A stretch of 63,169 nt of DNA, the filler included, from Collodictyon triciliatum (taxonomy: Eukaryota), in NCBI GenBank assembly GCA_043381765.1. It is 7 parts of 7 records of this genome, joined end to end, with 100 filler letters (N's around TTAATTAATTAA, not from the genome) between each part and the next. Parts side by side here need not be neighbours in the genome. Positions count along the whole stretch, not along the records: positions 33,214 to 44,170 come from JBHJMP010002520.1; positions 44,271 to 55,228 come from JBHJMP010002521.1; 5 more parts are not named here. One strand, written 5' to 3'. The notes under the pieces were generated by a model. That model made no database searches, had not been told where the DNA came from, and saw only the letters and a list, made by a program, of their open reading frames with translations. Positions 34,099-47,496 of the stretch are shown in pieces. How positions within the stretch are numbered: the stretch's first letter is position 1; the number at the start of each line of letters is the position of its first letter. Made by a program: the position numbers and the translations under genes.

Positions 34099-35994
34099 AC
34101 AAATTTTTCAACTCTTAAATTTTGATTATTTCTCAGGATGAACTCAAAAAAACCATTTATCATAGCACTTCGCGAACTTTCTGAAAGGCCATCTGTCATT
34201 CCATTTCTTCGTACAAGGAACTCTGGTGCTCTCATTTTTTTGGTGATAAACAAGTTATACAGTAAGTTGACCAAGCCAAATCATAGCATCGAAATTTATT
34301 TATTTCAAGGTTTCAAGTTCCATTAATCTAATTTTTATAATAATTAAAGAAACTCATAATTAAAACTTTGAGGGCATTACAAAGAATAGTGCAATCTTTG
34401 GGCCAGATTGACCAAGATTCTGATACTAAAAAAACATGATTCTTGTCTAATTTTACCTTCTAATTCTCCATAATTGAAAAGCACGAAAAATTTTAAATTT
34501 TTATCACAGAAAATTCGTCACATGTTTGATATTCAACGATAGGAAAACCAAATACGCAAATTTTAATTACATGTGTTTATAAAGCCTAATTTTTAGCAGA
34601 TTATCAATCAAACTTCATTCTTAATTTAGGTCTCGTCTTGATAAATGGTTCAATCTTACAACTTCATGGAATAGCTGAAAAATCGTATTGCTTTATTCAA
34701 TCTACCATATTTAGCATTATTTATTCATCTTCAATCGGAAAATGTTCAAACTTAAGTCATGGGCAAAACTCAGATACAGTTGCAAATGAAAGGGACAAAA
34801 GACAAAATCCGTGGGAAAGGGAACTGTTTCGATCTACTACTTGGAGGAGGGGGGAGGGGTGGATCGGCGGCTCCTAGTTTTCCCGATGGTCTGAAGTAAA
34901 GGTCTAAGAACGTACGGTGGGGGTGTTGGGTTGTGTTGTGTGTGGAAGTAAGTATGTCTTTGTCCAGTCATTCACGACCAAAAAATAAATAAAATAATAA
35001 TATTCGTTGTAAATTTTTGTAATCAAAAGTCGTGTATCCTTTTTTTGCGGTAAGGAGGCTTAATCTTATTCGAAAACATTGCCTATTTAACATATAAAAT
35101 ACAGCATGTATAAAGTCGAATATTTTAATTAAAAAATACTTCAGTTTTAAAACTATTACTAATAATGATAGAACAAAATCTATAAAATTAAGAATTATCA
35201 TCCAAGTCTGTCCAACCTAGGTATTTCATTATTCAGTTGATATATTTATTATGGTATGAAACATGGAATCAATATTTATAATATTTATAATTGTCTCAGC
35301 TATATATTTTCTAATGAAGTTAAATCAATATGAATGGTCTGCCTACAGAATCTGCATCGCTATGTCGTCGTTTATTTTTCAATAATCGTATTACGTATCG
35401 CCTTATGAATATTTAATCTACAAAAAAATCATTAAACTACTTATCTACTAGAGAAGCTTAGTTATCTGCATACTCTTGGTATCCGTATTTTAAATTCCGT
35501 TTTAATACAATCGATAGATAGACAATTGCATCAAATATGAATTTAAAAAACAACTAACCAACTAATGAACCATTATTATGTCCAAATCGAAAAACACATA
35601 CCATGTCCCCGCTAAAAATCAGTTTGCCGCTGAATGATACACCACCCCTCCCATTGAACGACCTGCAATCTTTTGTCCACAGCTTCACGCCCATACCCCT
35701 CACCTTACTAGACCTTGTTCGTTTCTCCAAGTGAAATGATTTGTAAGTTTATCGCTCAATAAATAAACCAATACAATAGACAATAGTTGTTATATCATCT
35801 AAATTAGTTCAATATTCTCCCTTGGTTATTTAGATGTCGATTTATCAAATCCAACAAACCCACCCCTCCCCCTTCCAATTCCAAATGAATCAGAGGTAAG
35901 AATGTCCTTATCTGCTATGTGTTCTGTGTTGACCCGACTAACAAAGAATATGGTAAATGGCTCACGCCCTTTTCATTTTCTATGATTACTATCA

Positions 35995-36108
35995 TATACA
36001 TACATACATACATACATACATACATACATACATACATACATACATACATACATACATACATACATACATACATACATACATACATACATACATACATACA
36101 TACATACA
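35995..36108. repeat. (TACA)n microsatellite
   Basis: Visible perfect repeat. Confidence 0.95.
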
Positions 36109-38659
36109 GTGTGTCTTCTTATCATCGCTTTTTTTAATATTCTATCATATCATTAATTATCTGATATTGTTCGTTTATTATATTTGTTCAAAATATGGTC
36201 GATTACTAGAATTAAATATGATTATAATTTCATTTATTTCTTTATTATTCAACAATTTTCAACTAGGAACATTACCTCTTTATTGACGCACAAGTAAAAC
36301 ACTTGAATAGATAAATCGTGAATTATAAATTATCTTATATAATGATTGTACTTTTAATTTAATTGATATTCCGAACTTTGGTGCCTTTCTTATCCATGAA
36401 TAATTCTAATTAATATCAAAATTATAGTAATACTTAAGTATAATAGAGTTATTTTATTCAGAGTTCCAAAGAAACGTTATGGCACATAGTCTACAAATTT
36501 TCCATTAAATACATGATTTGTATATGGTATATCACGATAAATAGTAAAAATAATGAATCACTTATTTATTAGTAAGCTTTGGTTTTGATTAATAAAGCTT
36601 TTTTTTAGTTCAATGAATTATTTTAATATGGTTATTGTGACAAATATGTCATTTTAAGAGAGATTAATTAGATATCACTATTTCAGAGCCTTATGATAAA
36701 GAATTATATATTAGTTGTTATGAAATAGAAAATACATACATCATAAAACTAAAATTGATTGTTTATTAGTAAAAATGTTGGAGATGACATCCTGTGCTCA
36801 CAAAATAACCTCTGGTATTTCAATCAGTTAATGAAGTTTTACCGAATATTAGGATGTGATTCATCGCTTGGGCCCTATTTTGTACACAGATGGTTATACT
36901 TCCAGGGCATCATATTTTAAATATAATCGATCATGTAGTTAACTGAATGAAAATATATTTAATTAAATTGAAACATATTTTTTAATTTCCTAGCAGAGGT
37001 GATCGAAAAACATGTTCCGAAGAAAATCATTCTGTTTGCTCCTGTATGATGTTCATTCGATCTAGTCGAGCGAACAGGATTTATTTTACAATTGAATCAG
37101 TATAAGCTATCTAAAAATATTACTATTGTTAACAGGTATGATTATCTTATTAATTATAATATATGGCTTATACGGAAACAATAAAACGATTTGAATAAGT
37201 AAATTTCTCGATTTATAAAAAACACATTTTGATAGTCAATAATTAATAATAGCCTGATTAATATTTCCTGAAATATCTTGATATTTTTAGTTCTTCATTT
37301 TGAAGAATATTGATACAGATTTTCAATAAATAAAGCAATTTTTCAAAGTATACACTGGTTCTGGTAATGAATATTTTATGAGATTATATTTTAATTATAT
37401 TCATCTGATCAAGAATCTATTAATAATTTCTCTTGAATTAATTATGTTCAATATTATTCAATTCTAATGTTATTCCCATAAATCTCTCACGATTAATCCA
37501 TATGACAATAGATAAGTAATTAAATTTTATGTCATTAGCCACTTCTTACTTTTAAATATTATATAATCCGCTCATCCAATTTTAGAATGCTGGGAAAACA
37601 AGGATATATGTTTGAAGTTTGATATATTGATCAGTTAAAATAAATATAGATATTTTGTAAATTAAAAAGCCTGTATAAAGAATACGTTATTAAATAACCA
37701 ATTTAATAATTATTTCTTAACTTTATCAAATATTATGTACGAAATTCATGGCAAAAATGAAATCAAATACTTGACATGTTTTTCCGTGAGAATATATTTT
37801 AATCATTATTTTGTTGTATACTTAATTTCTTGGTTCCCATAACATATAACTGTTCTTTTCATATTGAACTCACTTATAATCGTGTAATTTTTTTGATAAA
37901 TAATTAATTTTATATTTTTAATTGATAGGTTTGATTTATTGATTTTAAAGTGTATGTAATTGATTAAAAAAGTCTTGTGTGAAATCGTCGGCTATTGTAA
38001 TTACCACAATTTATTGATTTATAGCTAAGACAAACCAAAACTATTGGTCTCAAACTGAAACATATATTATCCTGTCACTTAAAATTAATTTTTTATTTGA
38101 TTTATTCTCTTCTTGTTTACTATTCATAAGGCTATCTTGCACGAGTCATATATTTTTTATTGCCTTATGTCGTATATTGATTATTTGTATATAAGACATG
38201 ATTAATCAAATAATTTATCCAGATTTTTTCTTTAACTACTTCATCAAAATCTACATATAATTGATAGGAAAATGACTTTGTTAAAAATATAAAATTGGAT
38301 AAACCATTAGTTTTATTAGTCTTTACTTATCAATTTGTGACTAGATATCATTTATTTTGAAAGGGAGATTATGTTCCAATTTTTTATAATTTTCATGAAT
38401 CATCTGATTAAGTCATTATAACATCAAAAAACATAGTCAAAGTTTAACAATTTGTATTAATGAGAGTATTTAAATTTTGAGATTTTATTTACATGAATCT
38501 TATTGAATTTATGCAGATGGTCTATATCTATGTATTTCTGAATCAAAAATAATAATTGAGTGTAATTATTCAATATCATATAAAAACTAATATCTTTGGT
38601 TATAACACCTTGCCATTAATTGTATTTTAACCTTTGAACACATGTCGTATTAATTTAGA

Positions 38660-41600
38660 ATGAGATTGAACTCAAAGTCTCTTGCAGCCGTGTTGCTGTT
38701 GAGTGAGTAATTAATGATATTGTTTTAATTTTATTGACTTCAAATTACATAGAATTTTAAATAACATATTTTTTTTAGGATTGATGCTCCACTACCAATT
38801 TATTAGAGTTGAAGGACAAGGTAGTTTGATTCGCACATTGACTGGTCATACTGATGGCGTTTGGAGTGTTGCTATTACTCCTGATGGTACAAAAATTGTT
38901 TCTGGAAGTAGTTATCATGTAAGTTATGATAATACAATCAAAATCTGGAAACTTTCTGATGGAATTTTGATTCGCACATTGACTGGTCATACTGATTGGG
39001 TCCTCAGTGTTGCTATTACTCCTGATGGTTCAAAAATTGTTTCTGGAGGCAGTGGTGGAACAATCAAAATTTGGAATCTTTCTGATGGAGCTTTGATTCT
39101 TGCATTGACTGGTCATGCTGGTGAGGTTTGGAGTGTTGCTATTACTCCGGATGGCTCAAAAATTGTCTCTGGAAGTAGGGATAAACCAATCAAAATCTGG
39201 AATATTTCTAATGGAGCTTTGATTCGTGTATTGACCGGTCATACTGGTGGTGTTGGTGTTATGACTGTCGCTATTACTCCTGATGGCTCAAAAATTGTTT
39301 CTGGAAGTGGTGATTGTACAATCAAAATCTGGAATCTTTCCGACGGAGCTTTGGTTCGTACATTGACCGGTCATACTGGTGGTGTTGGTGTTAAGACTGT
39401 CGCTATCACTCCTGATGCATCAAAAATTGTTTCTGGAAGCTGGGATGGTACAATCAAAATATGGAATCTTTCCGACGGAGCTTTGATTCATGTATTGACC
39501 GGTCATACTGGTGGTGTTGGTGTTAAGACTGTCGCTATTACTCCTGATGGCTCAAAAATTGTTTCTGGAAGTGGTGATTATTATAGTGGAGAAATCAAAA
39601 TATGGAATTTTTCAGATGGAGCTTTGATTCACACATTGAGTGGTCATACTAGTGGTGTTTCCAGTGTTTCTGTCACTCCTGATGGCTCAAAAATTGTTTC
39701 TGGTGGAGAAAGGTTAGATAAAACAATCAAAATCTGGGGGCTTTGTGTTGCTGGTCAGTTTTATGATTCAGTTTCAAAGTCTTGTAAAATATGCTCATTC
39801 GGGAGCTACAGTGCTGGTGGAATGTCATCTTGTTCTTTATGCCCTGCCGGTACATACAATCCATCAACAGGCTCTACAAGTGTTGATGCTTGTATTTCAT
39901 GTGCAGCTGGAACATACAATCCATCCACTGGTCAAGCAACCTGTCTTTCATGTGCAGCTGGTACATACAATCCATATCTTGGTCAAAAAACCTGTCTTCC
40001 ATGTGCAGCTGGAACATACAATCCATCAACTGGTTCTACAAGTGTTAGTGCCTGCATTTTTTGTGAGGAAGGAAATTATAACAACAAAACTGGCCAGATA
40101 TCATGCCATAATTGCGAACCAGGAACATATAGTCCTTCAAAAGGACAGCCATTATGTTTTGACTGCCCATTAGGTTTCTACAATCAAGAATCAGGAAAAA
40201 CGTTTTGCACACCATGCGGCCCAGGAACGTATTCGAATTCGACAAAAGGGAAATCTTGTGGAAAATGTCCAGCCGGGACTTTTAATCCAAATGTTGCGTC
40301 AACTAGCATAAGCAGCTGTCAATCGTGTCCAAAAGGGAAATTTTCTTCAAAATCAGGTGAATCAATATGCGAAATTTGTCAATCTGGTTCTTACAACCCC
40401 TACTTTGGACAGACAGGATGCGCTAATTGCACTGCCGGAACGTACAATCCGAGATTTGGTTCAACAAGTAACAAATCATGTGTGCAATGCCCAGCAGGAA
40501 CTTTTGGTAATGAACAAAGAGATGAATGTTTATCATGCCCAGCTGGTACATTCAACAATCAAACTGGCTCATTCAATCAATCATCATGCATTTCGTGTCC
40601 AAATGGAAGCTACAGCACAGAAAGAAGCACATCATGCAGTCTATGTTCATCAGGATTCTATCAAAAAGAAGGCATCACAAAAGATTCGAAATCATGCTAC
40701 GCTTGTCCAAAAGGAACATTCAACTTGAACTCCGGCTCATATGGAAACAAATCATGCATGGAATGTCCACAAGGTACTTGGAATGATAGAGATGGCCAAG
40801 CATCGTGCACATCATGCCCAGCTGGTACATTCAATAATAAAACTGGCTCATTCAATGAATCATCATGCATTTCGTGTCCATACGGAAGCTACAGCTCAGA
40901 AAGAAGCTCATCATGCAGTCTATGCTCATCAGGATTCTATCAAAAAGAAGGTGTCACAAAAGACTCGGAATCATGCTATGCTTGTACAAAAGGCTCATTC
41001 AATTCAAACTCCGGCTCATATGGAAACAAATCATGCATGGAATGTCCACAAGGCACTTGGGATGATAGAGATGGTCAGGCATCATGCACATCATGCCCAG
41101 CTGGTACATTCAATGGTAAAACTGGCTCATTTAATCAATCATCATGCATTTCATGTCAAAATGGAAGCTACAGCTCAGAAAGAAGCGCATCATGCAGCTT
41201 ATGCTTATCAGGATTCTATCAAAAAGAAGGAATCTCAAAAGACTCAAAATCATGCTTTGCTTGTCCAAAAGGTACATTCAACACGAAATCTGGCTCATAT
41301 GGAAATACATCGTGTGTTGAATGTCCACAAGGTACTTGGAACGATAGAGATGGTCAAGTATCATGCACATTATGTCCAGCCGGTACATTCAATAATAAAA
41401 CTGGCTCATTTAATCAATTATCATGCATTTCATGCCCAAATGGAAGCTACAGCTCAGAAAGGAGCTCATCATGCAGCTTATGCTTATCAGGATTTTATCA
41501 AAAAGAAGACATTATAAAAGACTCACAATCATGCCATGCTTGTCCAAAAGGTACATTCAACTCAAAATCCGGTTCATATGGAAACAAATCATGTATCGAA

Positions 41601-44170
41601 TGTCCACTAGGTACTTGGAATGATAGAGACGGTCAAGCATCATGCACATCATGTCCAGCTGGTACATATAATGATATAACTGGCTCATTCAATCAATCAT
41701 CTTGTATTTCATGTCCAGACGGAAGCTACAGCTCAGAAAGGAGCTCTTCTTGTAGCTTGTGTTTAGCAGGATTCTACCAAAAAGAAGAAATCACAAAAGA
41801 TTCACAATCATGCTACGCTTGTCCAAAAGGCACCTTTAACTCAAACTCCGGCTCTTATGGAAACGTATCATGTATTGAATGTCCACAAGGCACATGGAGT
41901 GATAGAGATGGTCAAGCATCGTGCACATCATGTCCAGCTGGTACATTCAACAATAAAAATGGTTCAATTTATGAATTATCATGTATCTCATGTCCAAGTG
42001 GAAGCTACAGCACAGAGAGAAGCTCATCATGCAGTCTATGTTCATCAGGATTCTATCAAGAAGAGGGAATCACAAAAGACTCAAAATCATGTTATGCTTG
42101 TCCAAAAGGTACATTCAACACAAACTTCGGCTCATATGGAAACGTATCATGTATTGAATGTCCACAAGGTACTTGGAATGATAGAGATGGTCAAGCATCA
42201 TGCACATCATGTCCCGCTGGTACATTCCACAATAAAACTGGCTCATTCAATCAATCATCTTGTATTTCATGTCCAGACGGAAGCTACAGCTCAGAGAGAA
42301 GTGCTTCATGCAACTCATGCTCACCAGGATTCTATCAAAAAGAAGACATAAAAAAAGACTCAAGCTCATGCTATGCTTGTCCAAAAGGCTCATTCAACTC
42401 AAACTCCGGCTCATATGGAAACAAATCATGCATTGAATGTCCACAAGGTACTTGGAATGATAGAGATGGTCAAGCATCATGCACATCATGTCCAGCTGGT
42501 ACATTCAACAATAAAACTGGCTCATTCAATCAATCATCATGCATTTCATGTCCAAATGGAAGCCACAGCTCAGAGAGAAGTGCTTCATGCAACTCATGCT
42601 CATCAGGATTCTATCAAAATGAAGATATCACAAAAGACTCCAAATCATGCTACGCTTGTCCAAAAGGCTTATTCAACTCAAAATCCGGCTCATATGGAAA
42701 TGCATCATGTATCGAATGTCCACAAGGTACTTGGAATGATAGAGATGGTCAAGCATCATGCACATCATGTCCAGCTGGGACATTCAACAATCAAACTGGC
42801 TCATTCAATCAATCATCATGCATTTCATGTTCAAATGGAAGCTATAGCTCAGAGAGAAGCGCATCATGCACTTTGTGCTCATCAGGATTCTATCAAAAAG
42901 TAGGAATCACAAAAGACTCTAAATCATGCTACGCTTGTCCAAAAGGCACATTCAACTCAATATCCGGCTCATATGGAAACACATCATGCACTGAATGTCC
43001 ACAAGGTACTTGGAATGATAGAGATGGTCAAGCATCATGCACATCATGTCCAGCTGGTACATTCAACAATCAAACTGGTTCATTCAACCAATCATCATGT
43101 ATTTCATGTCCAAAGGGAAGCTACAGCTCAGAAAGAAGCTCATCATGCAGTTTATGCTTATCAGGATTCTATCAAAATGAAGATATCACAAAAGATTTAC
43201 AATCATGCTATGCTTGTCCAAAAGGCACATTCAATCCAATCTCCGGCTCATATGGAGACAAATCATGTATCGAATGTCCACAAGGTACTTGGAATGATAG
43301 AGAGGGTCAAGCATCATGCACATCATGTCCAGCTGGTACATTCAACAATAAAATTGGTTCATTCAACCAATTAATATGCATTTCATGTCCGAATGGAAGC
43401 CACAGCTCAGAAAGAAGCGCATCATGCAGCTTGTGTTTATCAGGATTCTATCAAAAAGAAGGTGTCATAAAAGACTCTAAATCATGCTATGATTGTCCAA
43501 AAGGCACATTCAACTCATACTCCGGCTCATATGGAAACACATCATGCATTGAATGTCCACAAGGTACTTGGAATGATAGAGATGGTCAAGCATCATGCAC
43601 ATCATGTCCAGCTGGTACATTCAACAACAAAACTAGTTCATTCAATCAATCATCATGCATTACATGTCCAAATGGAAGCTACAGCTCAGAGAGAAGTGCT
43701 TCATGCAACTCATGCTCATCAGGATTCTATCAAAAAGAAGATATCACAAAAGACTCACAATCATGCTATGCTTGTCCAAAAGGCACATTCAACTCAAACT
43801 CCGGCTCATATGGAAACACATCATGCATTGAATGTCCACAAGGTACTTGGAATGATAGAGATGGTCAGGCATCATGCACATCGTGTCCAGCTGGTACATT
43901 CAACAATAAAACTGGCTCATTCAATCAATCATCATGCATTTCATGTCCAAATGGAAGCTACAGCTCAGAAAGAAGCTCATCATGCAATTTATGTTCATCA
44001 GGATTTTATCAAAAAGAAGGAGTAATGAAAGACCCAAAATCATGCTATGCTTGTTCAAAAGGCACATTCAACTCAAATTCCGGCTCATATGGAAACAAAT
44101 CATGCATTGAATGTCCACAAGGTACTTGGAATGATATAAATGGTCAAGCATCATGCACATCATGTCCAGC
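38660..44170 (+). CDS. Putative secreted/surface protein: signal peptide, 7 WD40 repeats, Cys-rich (ephrin-receptor-like/GCC2-GCC3-type) repeats; 3'-truncated
   Basis: Exon 1 (38660-38702, MRLNSKSLAAVLLL) splices through a GT-AG intron (38703-38778) in frame into the 1813-codon ORF. Seven LTGH..VAITPDGSKIVSG..TIKIW units are followed by CxxCPAGT(Y/F)N repeats. Confidence 0.88.
40761..44108 (+). repeat. Coding tandem array of 12 complete 279-bp (93-aa, 10-Cys) units, with partial units on both sides
   Basis: GAATGTCCAC(A/T)AGG recurs every 279 nt from 40761 to 44109. Confidence 0.92.
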
Positions 44171-44270
44171 NNNNNNNNNNNNNNNNNNNNNNNNNNNNNN
44201 NNNNNNNNNNNNNNTTAATTAATTAANNNNNNNNNNNNNNNNNNNNNNNNNNNNNNNNNNNNNNNNNNNN
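44171..44270. other. Artificial contig spacer
   Basis: N-TTAATTAATTAA-N linker. Confidence 0.98.
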
Positions 44271-44326
<56 letters not shown>

Positions 44327-44700
44327 AAAAAAACAAAAAAAAAAAAAACCAAAACAAATGAAAAAGAAAAGAGAAGACCATCGCAAACAGCCAATAAGAG
44401 TGCAGGATCGAGACTAACCCGCCTCCTAAAGCCCACAGAAGAGAAAGATTAAACTAGAGAAGGAAAAATCCGCAAAGTAAAACTCCTTTGTGTAAGAAAA
44501 CGTTCGATCCAAACCCTTTGTGTTGATCTGATCGCTTTCTGATGGTCACACACCATGTTTTTTTGCTTCGCATTTTACAGAAAAAAAGCCCAGGGTGTTA
44601 TTCCCAACCTGCCCAAACGTACTATTCAGTATATACATATATTTGTGTGTTTTTGAAGTATTCGCTCCTTACATTTTTTTTTTCTAACATAACATAACAT

Positions 44701-44772
44701 TGATGGCTAGCGAACCAAACCAACATCTCCACTATCCTGCACAAAATTGAAAGGAAGAATATAAAAAAAAAA
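44701..44772 (+). mobile_element. Short polyA-tailed retro-fragment, copy 2, inside (AACAT)n
   Basis: GATGGCTAGCGAACCAAACCAACATCTCCACTATCCTGCACAAAATTGAAAGGAAGAATATAAAAAAAA with AACATAACATAACAT on both sides. Confidence 0.75.
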
Positions 44773-45102
44773 CATAACATAACATAACATAAGCGAATGA
44801 GAAGGGATTAAAACAGAAGAAAATGAAATAAAACCCACGGAAAATGAAGCTGAAATAGCAAAAGCAAATATTATCTCTCTTTATCAACAATCCAACCCAA
44901 ACAAAAGCCCTCATCGCGTCATCCACTTCAAAATACTAACGATATGGAAAAATCTATTTTTAATCATAGTTTCAAACTTTTTACGTAATGCGTGTAAAAT
45001 ATAAAGACTAGGGTGTATTACTATATCATATAAGTACATCATATGGCTAAACTGTTCACTATACGTCCGGTCCTAAACACCTCTTTCATCATAACCTGCA
45101 CG

Positions 45103-47445
45103 ATGCAAGCCATGGCCCATAAACAAGCGCCCATGTCCCGCACAGCACCCGGGCCAACAAATCCGCCTGAAACGCCGCATCACCGGCCGCAGGCGAAGCA
45201 CACATCTCCATCACCCACGTCACATTTGCACGCATACTCGTTGATGTCACCGTCATCTTTGACCCCGAGCGATCTCGCAGCACTACAAAAGGACGTTTTG
45301 ACGCTGCCAAATCTGAGCCAATCTTTTCTGCTCCCAATTGGCAAACGTGCTCAGGCAGCAATCAAGGATATGGCTGAAACCACCGACGCAAGTCTGCTTT
45401 CAAGTACCACGTCTAAAGCTCACGACAGATTCTCATACTCGCACACGGCCAATCTGTATCATCCGTCGCTCACACAGACAGCACCCCCAGTTTTCCCAGA
45501 GAATCAGTCTGGGCGGCTTTCATCGATGGATGTAGACAACTCACAAAGACTTGAAATGAGAAGGCAGCTACCTGCAGAGGAGCGCCCGCGACTGATGTTT
45601 TCGTCATCGGTTATCAACAGAGATGAAATGCTGGAGGCAAATATGTCTCATGCAACGAAAGCGTCTTCACGAGCAAAGGACTCCCTGGTATCCCACAGAG
45701 GAGATAAACAACGTGTGTCATTTTTACGAAATACATTATGCGCTTATTCAATCTTTCAATCTTTTCGTACTTTTATTGGATTTTTTTGGAGTATATCCCA
45801 TGTTCTTTTTTTTTGTGAGGCTCTATGGTTTGTGTGCGACATTTCTTTAGAAGATTTCCATCGAACATACAATCTTTTATCATAAATTCTCATGTGTTCC
45901 GAATATAACGTGATCAGTTTAAAATAATTGAAAATCGATATAGAATCCCTTATATCAACAAAGGACTCGGAGGATGGAAGTCGTGCATTTACGACTTATA
46001 GCAAACAATACACAGGTTCATCCTTTCAATTGATTTACTCTTGCTGACAAAATTTTGCTGACTATGTACAAATTTAATCATAAAGAGGCCACATCAGAGT
46101 CAGATGCACCAGAAATACGGCTGGTATGTCTCCAAAACATGGCATTGCAGTATAGATCAAAGACCATTGATAATTCACTAATTGAATGGTATTCATAATA
46201 TCACACACAAACATCTCATCTGAAATTTAGAAGCCATCAAGGAGGTCGCAACAAGAGGCTACGCCTCACACCCTGCAAGATGTACATTATTCAAATTTCA
46301 TAAAAAAAAAATCGCCATGTTCTCATTTCTTTTTCGAAGTTGTTGAATATACCCTTCAAAATCTATTTACATTACCCAGCGTGCAATAAAAAAAAGGCTG
46401 CTTCATTTTGAATTTTCTTTATTTGCTTATGTTTCCTTTATACACATAATAGGCATCCCTTCCAAGAATTCTTTTTCCCTTGGTGTCAAAAGATGAGGCA
46501 CAAGAACTTCAACCTCCATTTATTGGCTGTAATACTACTTACAATCATCACAAAATTCATGCATCAAACTTGAAGATGAATAACCATGCATAAATCTTCC
46601 TCTCAGAATCTACTCAATTACGTTTCGCGAAATATGAAATCGACCATTTTTTTTTCATGTAGCTGATGGAAAATGGCATTTTCAAATGTTACCATCTCGA
46701 GGACCAACATCCCGCAAAGAAGTCATACTTTTGCAAAAGTGGATGGATAAGGAACTTGAAAAACTGAAATCATCACCTGAGGACCAGAATGATACGATGT
46801 TCTACTCCAACGAGCTTTTGAGTACTAATATATGCCATTGTTTTTTTTTTTTTTTAATATCTTAACTGTTGTCGGAAATATTTGCCAACTTTGTATTCTT
46901 ACAAACAGATTCAAATCAAAGTCACTCAAGTTCTCAAGTCTTTGAGGCTTGCTATCACGAACTGATCCGACAGGTATCAGTCACGTGCCAAGAACGCGGG
47001 GATTTATTGGAGATTGTGTGGGATTTTCAGTCAAAACTGGGCAAGAAGTTGATATCAGACAATGATAAACTCAGGAAAAAAATTGCAGAACGTAATTATT
47101 CCAATTTCTGTTTTTTTTTTCTATTTCCATCCTTTCAATTTAATTTTTATAAGTTACTATTTCTCTATGTACAAGCTTGTCTTCATATTTTATGATGAAA
47201 AGAAAATATTTATATTTTTAACAATTATATCTGTTCATTTTTCAATCTAGTTGAAGAAATCATCGTTGATGCGAAGACCAATAGTCATGTGTAAGTTCTT
47301 AGTCAAGCAAGACATATGTATGCTTGTTTTTTTTTATTTATACATCCAATTATTTCGATCTGCTTAACTAATATAAAATAATTAACTCAGACTAAGAGAG
47401 AACATCAATAGCCTTAAAAGTCAATTGACAGATTTGACAAAGTAA

Positions 47446-47496
<51 letters not shown>

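Noticed and set aside
40761-44170. CRISPR-like or non-coding satellite array; overlapping His-rich ORFs in other frames
   Set aside because: This is an in-frame coding repeat with no unique spacers, and the alternative-frame ORFs are shadows of it.
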